Assembly: GCA_918797485.1 (NCBI GenBank)
Contig: CAKKNE010000006.1
Span: forward strand, 1 to 64,000
Reading direction: 5' to 3'
Length of the DNA: 64,000 nucleotides
Origin: Pelagomonas calceolata
Lineage: Eukaryota
The notes beneath the pieces were generated by a model. That model did no database searches. It was given only the letters and a program-made list of their open reading frames with translations, and was not told where the DNA came from. Positions 1-9,802 of this stretch are shown in pieces. Position 1 is the first letter of the stretch. Each line of letters opens with the position of its first letter. The position numbers and the translations under genes were made by a program.

Positions 1-329
1 CTAACCCTAACCCTAACCCCCTAACCTAACCCTAACCCTAACCCTAACCCTAACCCTAACCCTAACCCTAACCCTAACCCTAACCCTAACCCTAACCCTA
101 ACCCTAACCCTAACCCTAACCCTAACCCTAACCCTAACCCTAACCCTAACCCTAACCCTAACCCTAACCCTAACCCTAACCCTAACCCTAACCCTAACCC
201 TAACCCTAACCCTAACCCTAACCCTAACCCTAACCCTAACCCTAACCCTAACCCTAACCCTAACCCTAACCCTAACCCTAACCCTAACCCTAACCCTAAC
301 CCTAACCCTAACCCTAACCCTAACCCTAA
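1..329 (+). repeat. Telomeric repeat array (CCCTAA)n, chromosome left end
   Basis: Tandem CCCTAA hexamers from base 1, with two variant units near 11-30; degenerate telomere-like units continue to about 372. Confidence 0.99.
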
Positions 330-400
330 TAACCCCGCCTAACACTACTAAGACCCCATGCTAACCCTAACCAGCCCCCCAAAAGCCGCTCTCCCAAAAG

Positions 401-760
401 CTAACACTAACCCAAGGGCCCTTCGGGCCCTTCGGGCCCTCCGGGCCCGAGCCTAAGACTACTAAGCAATCCGCCTAACACTAACCCAAGGGCCTTCGGG
501 CCCTCCGTACCCGAGCCTAAGACTACTAAGCAATCCGCCTAACACTAACCCAAGGGCCCTTCGGGCCCTCCGGGCCCGAGCCTAAGACTACTAAGCAATC
601 CGCGTAACACTAACCCATGGGCCCTTCAGGTCCTTCGGGCCCTCCGGGCCCGAGCCTAAGACTACTAAGCAATCTGCCTAACACTAACCCAAGGGCCCTT
701 CGGGCCCTTCGGGCCCTCCGGGCCCGAGCCTAAGACTACTAAGCAATCCGCCTAACACTA
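401..760 (+). repeat. Subtelomeric tandem satellite, 5 units of 64-74 bp plus a partial unit
   Basis: Units CTAACACTAACCCAAGGGCCC(TTCGGGCCC)1-2TCCGGGCCCGAGCCTAAGACTACTAAGCAATCCGC start at about 401, 475, 539, 604, 678 and 752 (partial). Confidence 0.95.
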
Positions 761-1032
761 CCGCGATTTCATGATTATCGCAATCTGATCACGATCACGA
801 CAATGGGGGAGTGCAATGGAAATACACGTCTAGTAGGATCCCAAGGTTCAACTGAGACGTATCCAAGCACAACCCGTACTTGTATTACCCGCCTAGGCTA
901 CTTCCCATCCTAGGGTACTCCGATATCCCCTTAGTAGGGGGAAGTCGCCTCTCACTCCTAACTATTATCATCCTGAGTCACCTTTAATTGACGGACGTAA
1001 TTCCCCGTCACAAACCCCATCAAACATTCGGA

Positions 1033-1087
1033 ACCCAAGGGCCCTTCGGGCCCTTCGGGCCCTCCGGGCCCGAGCCTAAGACTACTA
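1033..1087 (+). repeat. Detached partial copy of the subtelomeric satellite unit
   Basis: CCCAAGGGCCCTTCGGGCCCTTCGGGCCCTCCGGGCCCGAGCCTAAGACTACT is identical to the 74-bp unit core and is separated from the array by about 270 bp of unique DNA. Confidence 0.9.
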
Positions 1088-1101
1088 CACAACAGAAAAA
1101 C

Positions 1102-2235
1102 TTACAGGTCCGGCGGTGATCGAGTTCGCCACCGCGCCGTCGCTTCTCGCGTGATGTCGAGGTACAAGTCCGGGTTGGCACCGTAGTCCATGTGGTCACC
1201 GACGTCGTCCGCCGGCGCGCGCGCCGGCTCGATCTGCGTGCCCTCGCCCCACTCGTTCCAGGACGTGATCGAGACAAGGTCGGCGCCGGATTCGACGGCA
1301 GCGCCGAGCATCTGTCGAAAGTAGGCGCCGTTTCTGCGGTCGCGCGTCGCTACTCCGTTCCACGGGCGAATGCGCGTGTCATTGTAGCCGGGTCCGGCTG
1401 ATGGGCTGAACCAGAGGTTCTTCTTCCGCGCCCAGGCGGCGAGCAGCTTCCAGTGGGCGCTCGTGGAGCCGTAGGTGAAGCCGTCCGTGGCAAAGTAGGA
1501 GTAGAATCCATCAAAACACCCGTTTACCACAAGCTCTTCCTCGTCCCGGTTCAATAGCGTCGCAATCACGACGACGTCATGCGGCGTGCCACGAACGGAA
1601 AGGTCGCCATTTTCACAGAAGAGGCGCGCCCATTCTTTTGCGGGCGTGTGATACGCGTCGTACAAATACACGACTGGAAGTCGATCGTGGCCGCCGCAGG
1701 GCCTCCGCGGGAGGCGGTAGAGGTCGTGCGTGACGAGGTGCGCGAGGTCCAGCGCTACCGACTCGGCGCCGCGGCCTTCGTACGGTTCCAAGTGTATAGC
1801 GGCACCGATGCCCGCGCGTTTGGCCGCAGCGAGTGCCAACGGCACAATCGCGTCCGTGCCGACGCCTTGCGTGTCCGAGACCGCGCCGCCCGGTCGGCCC
1901 GTCCACGAGAGCACCGCGGCGTCGACGCCGGCGTCGCGCAGCTGCGAAAAGTGCGCGTCGAGGAGCTGCGGGTCCGACGAGCTGTAGGGCCCCGCCACGG
2001 GGTAGAACGGCGCGTGCAGCCGCGTCGGCGGTTCGTGCGTGTAGTTCTCGAGGTGCTTGTATTGGCGGCGAACCTTTTTGGTCCAGTGCGGGAGGACCGC
2101 GTGGTCCCAATGCAGCCACTTGCCGTCCGTCGTCGGCGTGCCGTACCACAAGTAGTAAAAGGTGTGGGTTTGCTTCTTGACGACGCACGCCGCGCGTGCT
2201 GCCGCCGCGGTGATCACGAGGACTAGCTTGTACAT
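1102..2235 (-). CDS. Glycoprotein endo-alpha-1,2-mannosidase-like protein (GH99)
   Basis: Motifs FYYLWYG, HWDH, FYP..G.YSSSD, HLEPY, GFYSYFA, GPGYNDT.IRPWN and ITSWNEWGEGTQIEP; hydrophobic N-terminus after the ATG at 2235. Confidence 0.9.
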   Translation of the reverse strand: MYKLVLVITAAAARAACVVKKQTHTFYYLWYGTPTTDGKWLHWDHAVLPHWTKKVRRQYKHLENYTHEPPTRLHAPFYPVAGPYSSSDPQLLDAHFSQLRDAGVDAAVLSWTGRPGGAVSDTQGVGTDAIVPLALAAAKRAGIGAAIHLEPYEGRGAESVALDLAHLVTHDLYRLPRRPCGGHDRLPVVYLYDAYHTPAKEWARLFCENGDLSVRGTPHDVVVIATLLNRDEEELVVNGCFDGFYSYFATDGFTYGSTSAHWKLLAAWARKKNLWFSPSAGPGYNDTRIRPWNGVATRDRRNGAYFRQMLGAAVESGADLVSITSWNEWGEGTQIEPARAPADDVGDHMDYGANPDLYLDITREATARWRTRSPPDL

Positions 2236-2491
2236 GCGTATTGTTGCGTCGTGTGCCAGCAGCGTTCGTAGGGCGTTGTGGGGCGTCGAATGACTGTTTT
2301 TTTTTGCAGCGCTGCGTATCGCTACGCCTTGGTTTCGCGAGTCAAAGCGCCAGAAAAACCCGTGCGCTTGCTCGATCGCGACGGTCGACGCGCTGCTCGC
2401 GCTTGCGGATCGGCGGCGCCGTGGGTTAGCAGTGTAATCTGCAGCTCTCTGAGCCAGCTGTGCCAGCGCTGCGCGATCTCTACGTCCAGCC

Positions 2492-3451
2492 ATGCGCATA
2501 ATGGCTCATGGTGCCATGATGCTGGCAGTGGCAGCAAGCGTCGCAGCGCTGCGTGCCGCGGCACCAGTGAGGACACCGCTCACGCTGCGCAAAGCGAGCG
2601 CTGCCGACGCCATTCGCGACGCGCTCTCGTTCGCGCAGCGCGCCTCTCCCGCCACCGCGGACGATCGCCTAGCGCACTCGATGCGGGCGCGCGATCTTAC
2701 GGAGGACGAGCTGCGAGCGGTGCTCGTCGGGCGCGGCGTCGACGAAGCGGCGACGGCGGACGTGCCGCGCGGGATCCTTGCAGACTTGCTGGGCGAACTG
2801 CGCGCCGCGGACGACGCGCGCAGCGCCGCAAAGGCGCTTGGTACCGCGCCGTCGGCTCCACGCGAGTCGCTGCTGCCTTCTCTGGACGCGTCGCCGCCGC
2901 CGACTCTCCGCGACGTCGTCGCGCCTGACGCGTTGCGCCAGGGACTCGGAACCGCGGCCAGCGCCGCGGCCAGCGCCGCGGCTCAAATCGGGCTCGGCGA
3001 CGTCGTGGACGACGCGACGCGCGCTGCTAAGAATGTCGCTTCTTCCGCGCTGCGGTCCGAGGCGGCGGCGCCGGTTCGCAGAGCGGCGACGCAGGCGGCC
3101 GCGAGCGTCGCAGCGGAGAGACCGCGCGAGACGGCGCGCGCGGCCTGGACCGCCGTGAAGCAAAAGAAGCCGCTGCGGCGGCTCCGGCGGCTTCCTCGCG
3201 CGATCGTCCGCGGTTCGTCGCGCGCGGCGGCCGCGGGCTTTCTCGAAGCGACGACGGGCGCGGCGCGGGGCGCGGCGGCGTGGGCTGGCGCGGGCGTTGT
3301 CGGGCCAGGGCCAGTGGTCGTTGTCGTGAGCGCTGCGGCGATTCTTGGCCGAGGGCGCCTCATCGCGCCTTTGTCGGCACTCGTGGCGTTGCGCGTCGTC
3401 GCCGGCGGGCTCGCGGCTGGCGAGGACGATGACGACGGGGGCGGCGAGTAA
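2492..3451 (+). CDS. Hypothetical Ala-rich protein with signal peptide and C-terminal hydrophobic segments, possibly plastid-targeted
   Basis: 319-aa ORF with typical GC-rich codons; MLAVAASVAAL signal-like start; the true start may be one of several Met codons. Confidence 0.55.
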   Translation: MRIMAHGAMMLAVAASVAALRAAAPVRTPLTLRKASAADAIRDALSFAQRASPATADDRLAHSMRARDLTEDELRAVLVGRGVDEAATADVPRGILADLLGELRAADDARSAAKALGTAPSAPRESLLPSLDASPPPTLRDVVAPDALRQGLGTAASAAASAAAQIGLGDVVDDATRAAKNVASSALRSEAAAPVRRAATQAAASVAAERPRETARAAWTAVKQKKPLRRLRRLPRAIVRGSSRAAAAGFLEATTGAARGAAAWAGAGVVGPGPVVVVVSAAAILGRGRLIAPLSALVALRVVAGGLAAGEDDDDGGGE

Positions 3452-3663
3452 CGTTGAGTTTTGTAATTTCGCGGCGATATCCGCTTCCAGGCTTGCGACG
3501 ACGCTGGGCTAGAGGGGCTACCTAGTATTTGGACAGCCAACTCCGGCAGCGCGCTAGCGCGAGTCGCTGCAACCGCGACGAGCACGTGGCAATTCATCAT
3601 TAAGTAACACCGTTCCGCTGCCAGGAAAATTAAGGCAGCCCCTCAGGCAGAAGAAGCAGGAGC

Positions 3664-3961
3664 ATGGGGGCCGGCGCGTCAACTGGCCTGCCAGCGGCGG
3701 CACCGATCGATGCCGAAGCCGTGGCAGCCGAGGTCGCGGCGTCGGACCTCCTGGAAGTGGCTGGGCTCTTGAATGCCCTCGACGCAGATCGCGCGGTCGA
3801 CGTGCTGCGCGGCGATGGATCATATGGCTGCTTGGGTCAATCATACGACCTTTGCCGCACGCAAAGTGAAGGAGGCCACGGCATTGCTCGAGGAGGCAGC
3901 AAGCCGGGGCCACGCTGGGGCGCAGGAGGCTCTTGCTGTTTTGCGCGGCGGTGGTGCTTAG
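3664..3961 (+). pseudogene. Gene fragment: MGAGAS start, frameshifted into a Sel1-like repeat tail
   Basis: One frame begins MGAGAS; another frame ends KEATALLEEAASRGHAGAQEAL, which is Sel1-like. No continuous ORF joins them. Confidence 0.35.
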
Positions 3962-4063
3962 AGCTGCGCATCGTGTGTAAGTGGCGACGGCGCGGTTGCG
4001 AAATCGATCACCGCCGGACCTGTAAGTTTTGTTGTTCTGTCAAAGCGATTAACTACAAGTACA

Positions 4064-5674
4064 TTAGCTAGGAACGAAGCGAAAAACCAGGTTCTTCACC
4101 TCGGGCGGCGCGCCCGAGCGCGTCGGGTAGTCGACCGCGGGCGGCGCGGCGCGCTCGAGGACGACGTCCTTGATCGCCGGCGCCGTCGCCGCAAAGTCCT
4201 TGAGCGCGAGGCCGCAGGTCCGCGCGAACTTGCGCGGCAGGAGCTTGCGGCTGTTTGTCGTGCAGAAGAGCCGGCCGTTCGGAGCGACGAGCGGCGCCGC
4301 GAGGGTCGCAAGCGCGCCGTAGTCGCGCGCCGCGCTCCAGCGCTTCTTGTTGACCGTCGAGGTCGAGGGCGGGTCCAAAATGACGACGTCAAAGGTCTCG
4401 CCGCGCTTCGCGAGGCGTTTGAGCCAGTCGAAGCAGTCGCCGTAAATGCAGTCGTGGACCTCGCCGACGGGCTCGCGCGGGCCGTTCGCGACGCCGTTCG
4501 CTTCCAGCGACGGCGCGAGGTAGGCGAGCCAATTACGGTCGCAGTCGACCGAGAGCGTGCGCGCCGCGCCGCCCGCCGCGGCCGCCGCGCTGTACGCGCC
4601 CGCGTGCGCGAAGAGGTTCAGCACCGTCAGGTTGGCCGCGTGCCGTCGCAGCCACAGGCGCTGGGGGCGCTGGTCGAGGAAGAGGCCTGTCGACAGCTTC
4701 TTCTCCCCCAGCTCGACGCGGAACGCCGTCCCGTGCTCGAGGACCTCGAACGGGCCGGCGACGCCGGGCCCGCGGATCAGTTTCGGCAGGGGTTGGCCGC
4801 CCCGCGACCGGTCGACGCGCGTCACGATCTCGTAGACCGACGACGACGCCGTCGGCGCGTGCGCGGCGTCGATCGCCGCGAGCGCCGCGTCGCGCTCGCG
4901 CGCCGGGACGTCCTCGGGCCGCTGCACGAGCAGGTGCTCGCCGTAGCGGTCCACGCACAGGTTCGCCGGCGCGCCGTCCGCGGCGCCGTGGAGCTCGCGG
5001 TAGCACGTCGTCGCCGCGTCGGCGCGCAGCGCGGCCCGTCGCTCCGTCCACCGCAACTCGAGGTCCGGCGGACGCGGCGCCTCGAAGCAGCGCCCGCCGC
5101 GCAGCGCGACGCGCTCGCAGTGGACCAGGGCGCGCGGCGCGGCGCGGTCGACGCCGCAGCCGTGCCGCGCGTCGCCGCGCGCCGGCGCGCCGGCCGCCGC
5201 GAGCGACTTACGGACGTCGCGGCCCGCGACACGGACGACCGCGCCCGCGGGACCGCTTTCAATAATGGCACACGCGCCCCGTGCGGCCGCGGCGCGCGCC
5301 GGCTCGTCGTCGACCAGCGCGAGGTACGACGGCGCCGCGTCGCGCAGCGCGGCGTCGCCCGCAGCGCTCGCGCCGAGGCAGAGCACGCCCGAGCAGTCGG
5401 CGTCGAGCCGCTGCCGGACCCGTGGCTCCGCTCCAAGCAGGTCGGCGACGAAAGCCGCGGCCGCGTCGACGCTCCAGCCCGGCGGCTTGTCGACGACGAC
5501 GACGTCGGCGTCGCGATGCAGCACGCGCGGCGGCGCGGGCGCGGGCTCCGCGTCCAGGAGTTGCGGCTTCCACGGTCTCTTTTGTTGGCTCGGCGGCGGC
5601 GGTCGACCGCTTCGTGCCAGGCCGCCCGCGCCGACGACGAGATGCAGCAGCAGTAGTGCAGTGCGGGCAGACAT
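4064..5674 (-). CDS. RluA-like pseudouridine synthase domain fused to an RlmI/RlmK-like SAM-dependent rRNA methyltransferase
   Basis: N-terminal VLHRDADVVVVDKPPG, QRLDADCSGVL and GDARHG; C-terminal YRELHG.ADG, VDRYG, STGLFLDQR, VLNLFAHAG and FDVVILDPPS; signal-peptide-like start at Met 5674. Confidence 0.85.
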   Translation of the reverse strand: MSARTALLLLHLVVGAGGLARSGRPPPPSQQKRPWKPQLLDAEPAPAPPRVLHRDADVVVVDKPPGWSVDAAAAFVADLLGAEPRVRQRLDADCSGVLCLGASAAGDAALRDAAPSYLALVDDEPARAAAARGACAIIESGPAGAVVRVAGRDVRKSLAAAGAPARGDARHGCGVDRAAPRALVHCERVALRGGRCFEAPRPPDLELRWTERRAALRADAATTCYRELHGAADGAPANLCVDRYGEHLLVQRPEDVPARERDAALAAIDAAHAPTASSSVYEIVTRVDRSRGGQPLPKLIRGPGVAGPFEVLEHGTAFRVELGEKKLSTGLFLDQRPQRLWLRRHAANLTVLNLFAHAGAYSAAAAAGGAARTLSVDCDRNWLAYLAPSLEANGVANGPREPVGEVHDCIYGDCFDWLKRLAKRGETFDVVILDPPSTSTVNKKRWSAARDYGALATLAAPLVAPNGRLFCTTNSRKLLPRKFARTCGLALKDFAATAPAIKDVVLERAAPPAVDYPTRSGAPPEVKNLVFRFVPS

Positions 5675-6054
5675 TACGTTGTAAAAGCTGACCGCGCTGA
5701 AGAGTTCGGCTGTGAGCGCCGGCAGTCTTGCTCTTTGGCTGCAGCCAGAGGACTGGGCCAACTCGCGCAGTCACCGAAGCAGCGATGCGCAGATCGCAAG
5801 GGACGTGCTGCTGGAGTTCGAACGAGCACTCCTACAGCTTCGCTCGTCCGGAGGACGCACGACAAGTTTGAGAGGGCCGCTGTGCAGAGGCTGCACACAC
5901 TGAGTGCAGCCCAGTGCCCTGCCGCCCGCCAAACGCAATCACGAATCGAAGCGACACGCGCACGCGTTCCACCGAAGTGGTTGCAGCACTGCAGAGCCGC
6001 CAACTGCCAGCTCGGCACGCGCACTCTTTTCCATTGGCACCGTGTGCTTGCAAA

Positions 6055-6891
6055 ATGCAACAAGCAGTCCTCGTCCTCGCGGCAGGCACATGCCTCGCCG
6101 CGCGGACGCACCGCTTAACAGTCTCGAACGTGCCGCGGTGGGTGCCGACGCGACGCCTCTTGGGCGACGGCGGCTGGCGCGCGGACGGCGACGCCTGGAC
6201 GGCGGAGCTGACGACGCGCGACGCGTGCGACGTCGCCGCGAGCATTCGCGGCGTCGGTCTCGACGGTCGCAAGCTGCTGCTCGAGGCGACGCCGAAGCTG
6301 CCGCGACCCGCGGTGCGCGCGGCCCGCCTCGAGGACGCGCGACGGCGGCGCACGACGAGCCCGGGCTTTACGCGCCGGGGCGCCCGCGTCGACGCGGAGG
6401 GCAAGTGGTCGCTCACTCCCGAACGCCTCGCGAACGAGATCGCCGACAAGGTGCCCGCGGGCAGCTCGGTCTTTGACTGCTGCTGCGGCTGCGGCGGCAA
6501 TGCGATCGCCTTCGCGCGGCGCTGCGCCGTCACGGCCATCGACGTGAGCGCGGACCGCGTCGCGCTCGCGCGGAGGAACGCGAAAATCTACGGCGTGGAC
6601 GTCCGCGTCGACGTGGGCGACGCCCTGCGCGACGAGCGGACCGCCGACGTCCTATTCGTCGACGCGCCCTGGGGCCGCGAGTGGGACAAGGAGCGCACGG
6701 ACCTCGACTCGCTGCCCCTGCTGCGGGACGTGCTCGCCGCGGCGCCGGGTCGATTCAAACGAGTACTCGCCAAGGTGCCGCCGTCCTTCGCGACGGCCGC
6801 CGTCCCGGGCGCTGCGGCCGAGGCGTTTTTCGGCCACGAGTCGGGCGACGCGCGGCGGATCAAGTTCGTGCTGCTCGATTTAGTTTTGTGA
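6055..6891 (+). CDS. TGS1-like (trimethylguanosine synthase family) SAM methyltransferase
   Basis: DAEGKWSLTPE.LA..IA, D.CCG.GGN.IAFA, AID and FVDAPWG resemble the TGS1 motifs EGWFSVTPE, DAFCG.GGN and SPPWGG. Confidence 0.75.
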   Translation: MQQAVLVLAAGTCLAARTHRLTVSNVPRWVPTRRLLGDGGWRADGDAWTAELTTRDACDVAASIRGVGLDGRKLLLEATPKLPRPAVRAARLEDARRRRTTSPGFTRRGARVDAEGKWSLTPERLANEIADKVPAGSSVFDCCCGCGGNAIAFARRCAVTAIDVSADRVALARRNAKIYGVDVRVDVGDALRDERTADVLFVDAPWGREWDKERTDLDSLPLLRDVLAAAPGRFKRVLAKVPPSFATAAVPGAAAEAFFGHESGDARRIKFVLLDLVL

Positions 6892-7207
6892 CTGTGTGTG
6901 TCCTGAATTTAAGTTTCTCTCTAGGTATATGTTTCTAGATATCAATCTAGTTGTCGTTAGGCGCCAAACACTTCGGGCGACACGTCGACGGGGTATCAGT
7001 CAACTTCAGCGAATGTTACATCAAGTGGAACGGACTTTACCATCAGTGGTCCATCACCAACCCTGGAAGCTATCAGCATTATGGATTGGTGGTGACAAAG
7101 AATGCTGGGTATTCGCGCCCGCACCGCTATAGGGCCGTATCGCGGCAAGGTCATTCATACCGGCTGGTCCAGATTTATTCGTCGAATGATTCTTTCTGAT
7201 GTTAACA

Positions 7208-9177
7208 TTATTCATCGTAGAACGAGATTGGGCATGCGTCGCGCGCCCCATTCATCGCCGAGATGTGCGCCGCCGTCGAAAAGGACTGGCCCGTCAGCTC
7301 GCGCAGGCACACGGTCGCGTACGCGCTCGACGGCAACTGGAACTTGACGACCAGGGCGTCCCGCGCGCCCGGCGTCGGCGCGACAAAGGGCGGCGCGTCC
7401 GCGCGGTCGTCCGTCGCCAGGAGCGGCTCGTCGGCGTCTGTGTGCCGCACGACTGCCACGCTCAGGCCCGCGGGCCGCACGACGAACGGCCGGTAGGCCC
7501 CCGAGAGCGAGAACTCGCCGTGCTTCTCCGACCGGTAGTCGTCGAGGCGGCCGGCGTACGCGTCTTCCGCTCCGTCAAAAGTGGGATACGTCACGGCGTG
7601 CCCCGGCAGCGGCAGCACGACGTCGTCGATCGCGTACGCGCCCACGTCCGCCGCGCCCACGACGCGCACGGCCGCGTCCGCGGCGAGCCGCCGACTCTCG
7701 CCGCCGCGCTCGAGCACCAGGTCCCCGGCCACGACGGCGAAGCCGTGCCGCGTCGCCCGCGCGGCCGCGGCCGCGTTGAAGACGCGCGACTGGTGCCTAG
7801 CGTGGTGATGACTGTGACTTCTGAGTCCAGCTCGATAGTAAGCGTCGTACGACCCGTCGAACGCCACGAAGGGCATGGCCTTGGCGCGAGGTGCGAAGTC
7901 CCGCACGGCCGCCTGTCGCCGCCCGTCGAAGTCCGAACCAGACGAGAGGTTCCAAAAAAAGAAGCAAAGACGCCGGGCCGCCACGCGTGTACGTACATGA
8001 GCCGCAGGTTCTTGGGCAGCGTCTCAAAGGCCGACAGGTGCGCGTTCGCGCCGTGCCGCACGAGTCCTTCCAGCAGCCCGCGTTCGACGCGCTGCCGCCG
8101 CGGCATCGCGTCGACCGCCTCTCGCAGACGCCCCGCGGCGTAGTGCGCCTTGGCCTCGACCTCGCGCGGCTCGTCGCGCGCGCGCGCGCCGAGGATCAAA
8201 TCGGAGACTGCCTTCCACTCCCCCCGGCCCGTCGCCGCCTTCAGGACCGCCTCGCCGACGATCGCGTTCGACGTCGCCCCCGTCCCAAAGCGCTGCAGGC
8301 CAAAGTAGTTCACGAAACCGCGCTCCCCGACGCGCCGCGCCGCGTCCGCGGCCGCCGCGACGAGCGCCTCCCGGTCGCCGCCCGCGACGCGCGCGCGCCG
8401 CAGCGCGACCTCGAACGCGTTGCCGCTCAAATCGCCGAGCCGCAGCGCGTCGCCCACGTACGAGAACCCGCCGCACCGCACCGCCGGGAACTGCCGCGCC
8501 ACGCGCGCGACCGCCGCGGACACCGTCCGGGCGTCCTTTCGGTGCGCGGTCGCGAACTGCGTCGTCGCGGCGCGGCGGTCCTTGGTCCCCGCGTAGCCCA
8601 CGCTCGACGCCTTGCACCGCAGGGCCCGCGCGAGCGCGCCGACCACGGCCATCGTGTCGCAGTTCTCTTTGTAGAGCGCGAAGCGACAGAACCGCGGCCG
8701 ACCCGCGGGCCAGACGTTGCGCGAGTCCTGCCGGCCGCCGCCGTCGCGGGCCCGCTTCCGCGAGCCGCCGGCCTTCCAGACGCGCACGTGCATCGCGGGA
8801 CCGGCGCCGTCCGTGTCCGTCGCGGCCCCGAGGCGCCGCGCGTACTGGTGCTGCGCCGTCCGCGCGGCCTTGTCGGAGCACGGCGGCAGCGCGGCGGGGC
8901 CCGGGTCGGCGCCGCTCAGCACGCGCTCGATCGCCTCGACGACGTCGGCGCCGCCGCCCGCCAGCGCCGCGAGGCCCGCGGCCGTCGCCGCCGCCTCCTC
9001 CTCCGCCGGGACCTCGTCGGGCGCGTGGGCCGGCGGCGCCTCGGCCACGACGCGCGCGACGGCGCCGTCGGGGCCGACCTCGCGCACGACAAAGTCCGAG
9101 TAGCGCTCGCGGAACACGCACTCGATGACCTGCGCTTGCACGGGTGCCATGCCCACTGCTTCCTCGGTGAGCGACAT
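7208..9177 (-). CDS. PUS7: TruD/PUS7 pseudouridine synthase, 2 exons (9177-7985 and 7796-7208)
   Basis: RYSDFVVRE, LYKENCDT, YAGTKDRRAATTQ, LGDLSGNAF, GFVNYFGLQRFG and F.LPSSAYAT.CLRE; a GT-AG intron at 7984-7797 joins LMYVHA to HQSRVFN. Confidence 0.92.
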
Positions 9178-9802
9178 CTTGTCTCTTTTTGTTGTTGTGG
9201 ACTGCAATGCAGTGAGGAGTGCCTGCTCGCTGCAACCGCCTGGGAGTCTGCCGTGCCTGCAGCAGCGTTGTGTGGCGAGCGTTTGAACAGCAATGCACGA
9301 TTAATGACTGCTTTTTCTCGTTCAATGCTGTGCTGCAGCCTGGCTTGCTTTCATGCTAGTGTCTTAGGGCCGCTAGCACGCGTAGTCGTCGCGTGGTGCG
9401 GTTCGGTTAATGGGCACATGATGAATCACCCATAGCCATTTCGCCTCGGAGGGTGGTGGCGGCATCCATTCCGCGCGCGCGCGGGGCCGCGTTCCTGTCG
9501 ATTTCGCGCGCGAGACCCACTCTCCCGTGAGCCGAGGATTCCGACGAAGTGCCAGGTCCTTGTTTGAATTCCACGAAATCCAACCCTTGGAGCGCAGAGC
9601 TAGAATGCTAGAGCGCCAACAAAGACACGCTCTGCATTGATTGTGCATATACATTGGCTCACGTGGTCTCGCTGCCGCGGCCCAGCATTCCTGGAAAACC
9701 ATTACACCGTTGGGCAGCCGCAGCGCGCACCAAAACCTACAAGCGGCATGGCTGCTATACAGCAGGTGCTGGAGGACTAGAAACTAAGAGCGCAAGCGTC
9801 AT

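Noticed and set aside
13..345. 110-aa (VR)n ORF
   Set aside because: Translation of the telomeric repeat.
401..1087. CRISPR-like appearance of palindromic repeats
   Set aside because: Units are contiguous with no unique spacers, there are no cas genes, and the context is a eukaryotic subtelomere.
6990..7060. Possible box C/D snoRNA on the minus strand in a low-GC patch
   Set aside because: The C box is non-canonical (GTGATGG) and I could not identify a convincing rRNA-complementary guide; needs snoscan or Rfam.
7797..7984. PUS7 intron as an introner copy
   Set aside because: The length (188 bp) fits, but I see no TIR, TSD or family motif; treated as an ordinary or unrecognisably old intron.
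7891..9435. Long antisense and alternate-frame ORFs here and throughout (e.g. 4454-5656, 27508-29034, 33744-35207)
   Set aside because: Arg/Ala/Pro-rich shadows of real genes, expected from stop-codon scarcity in high-GC DNA.
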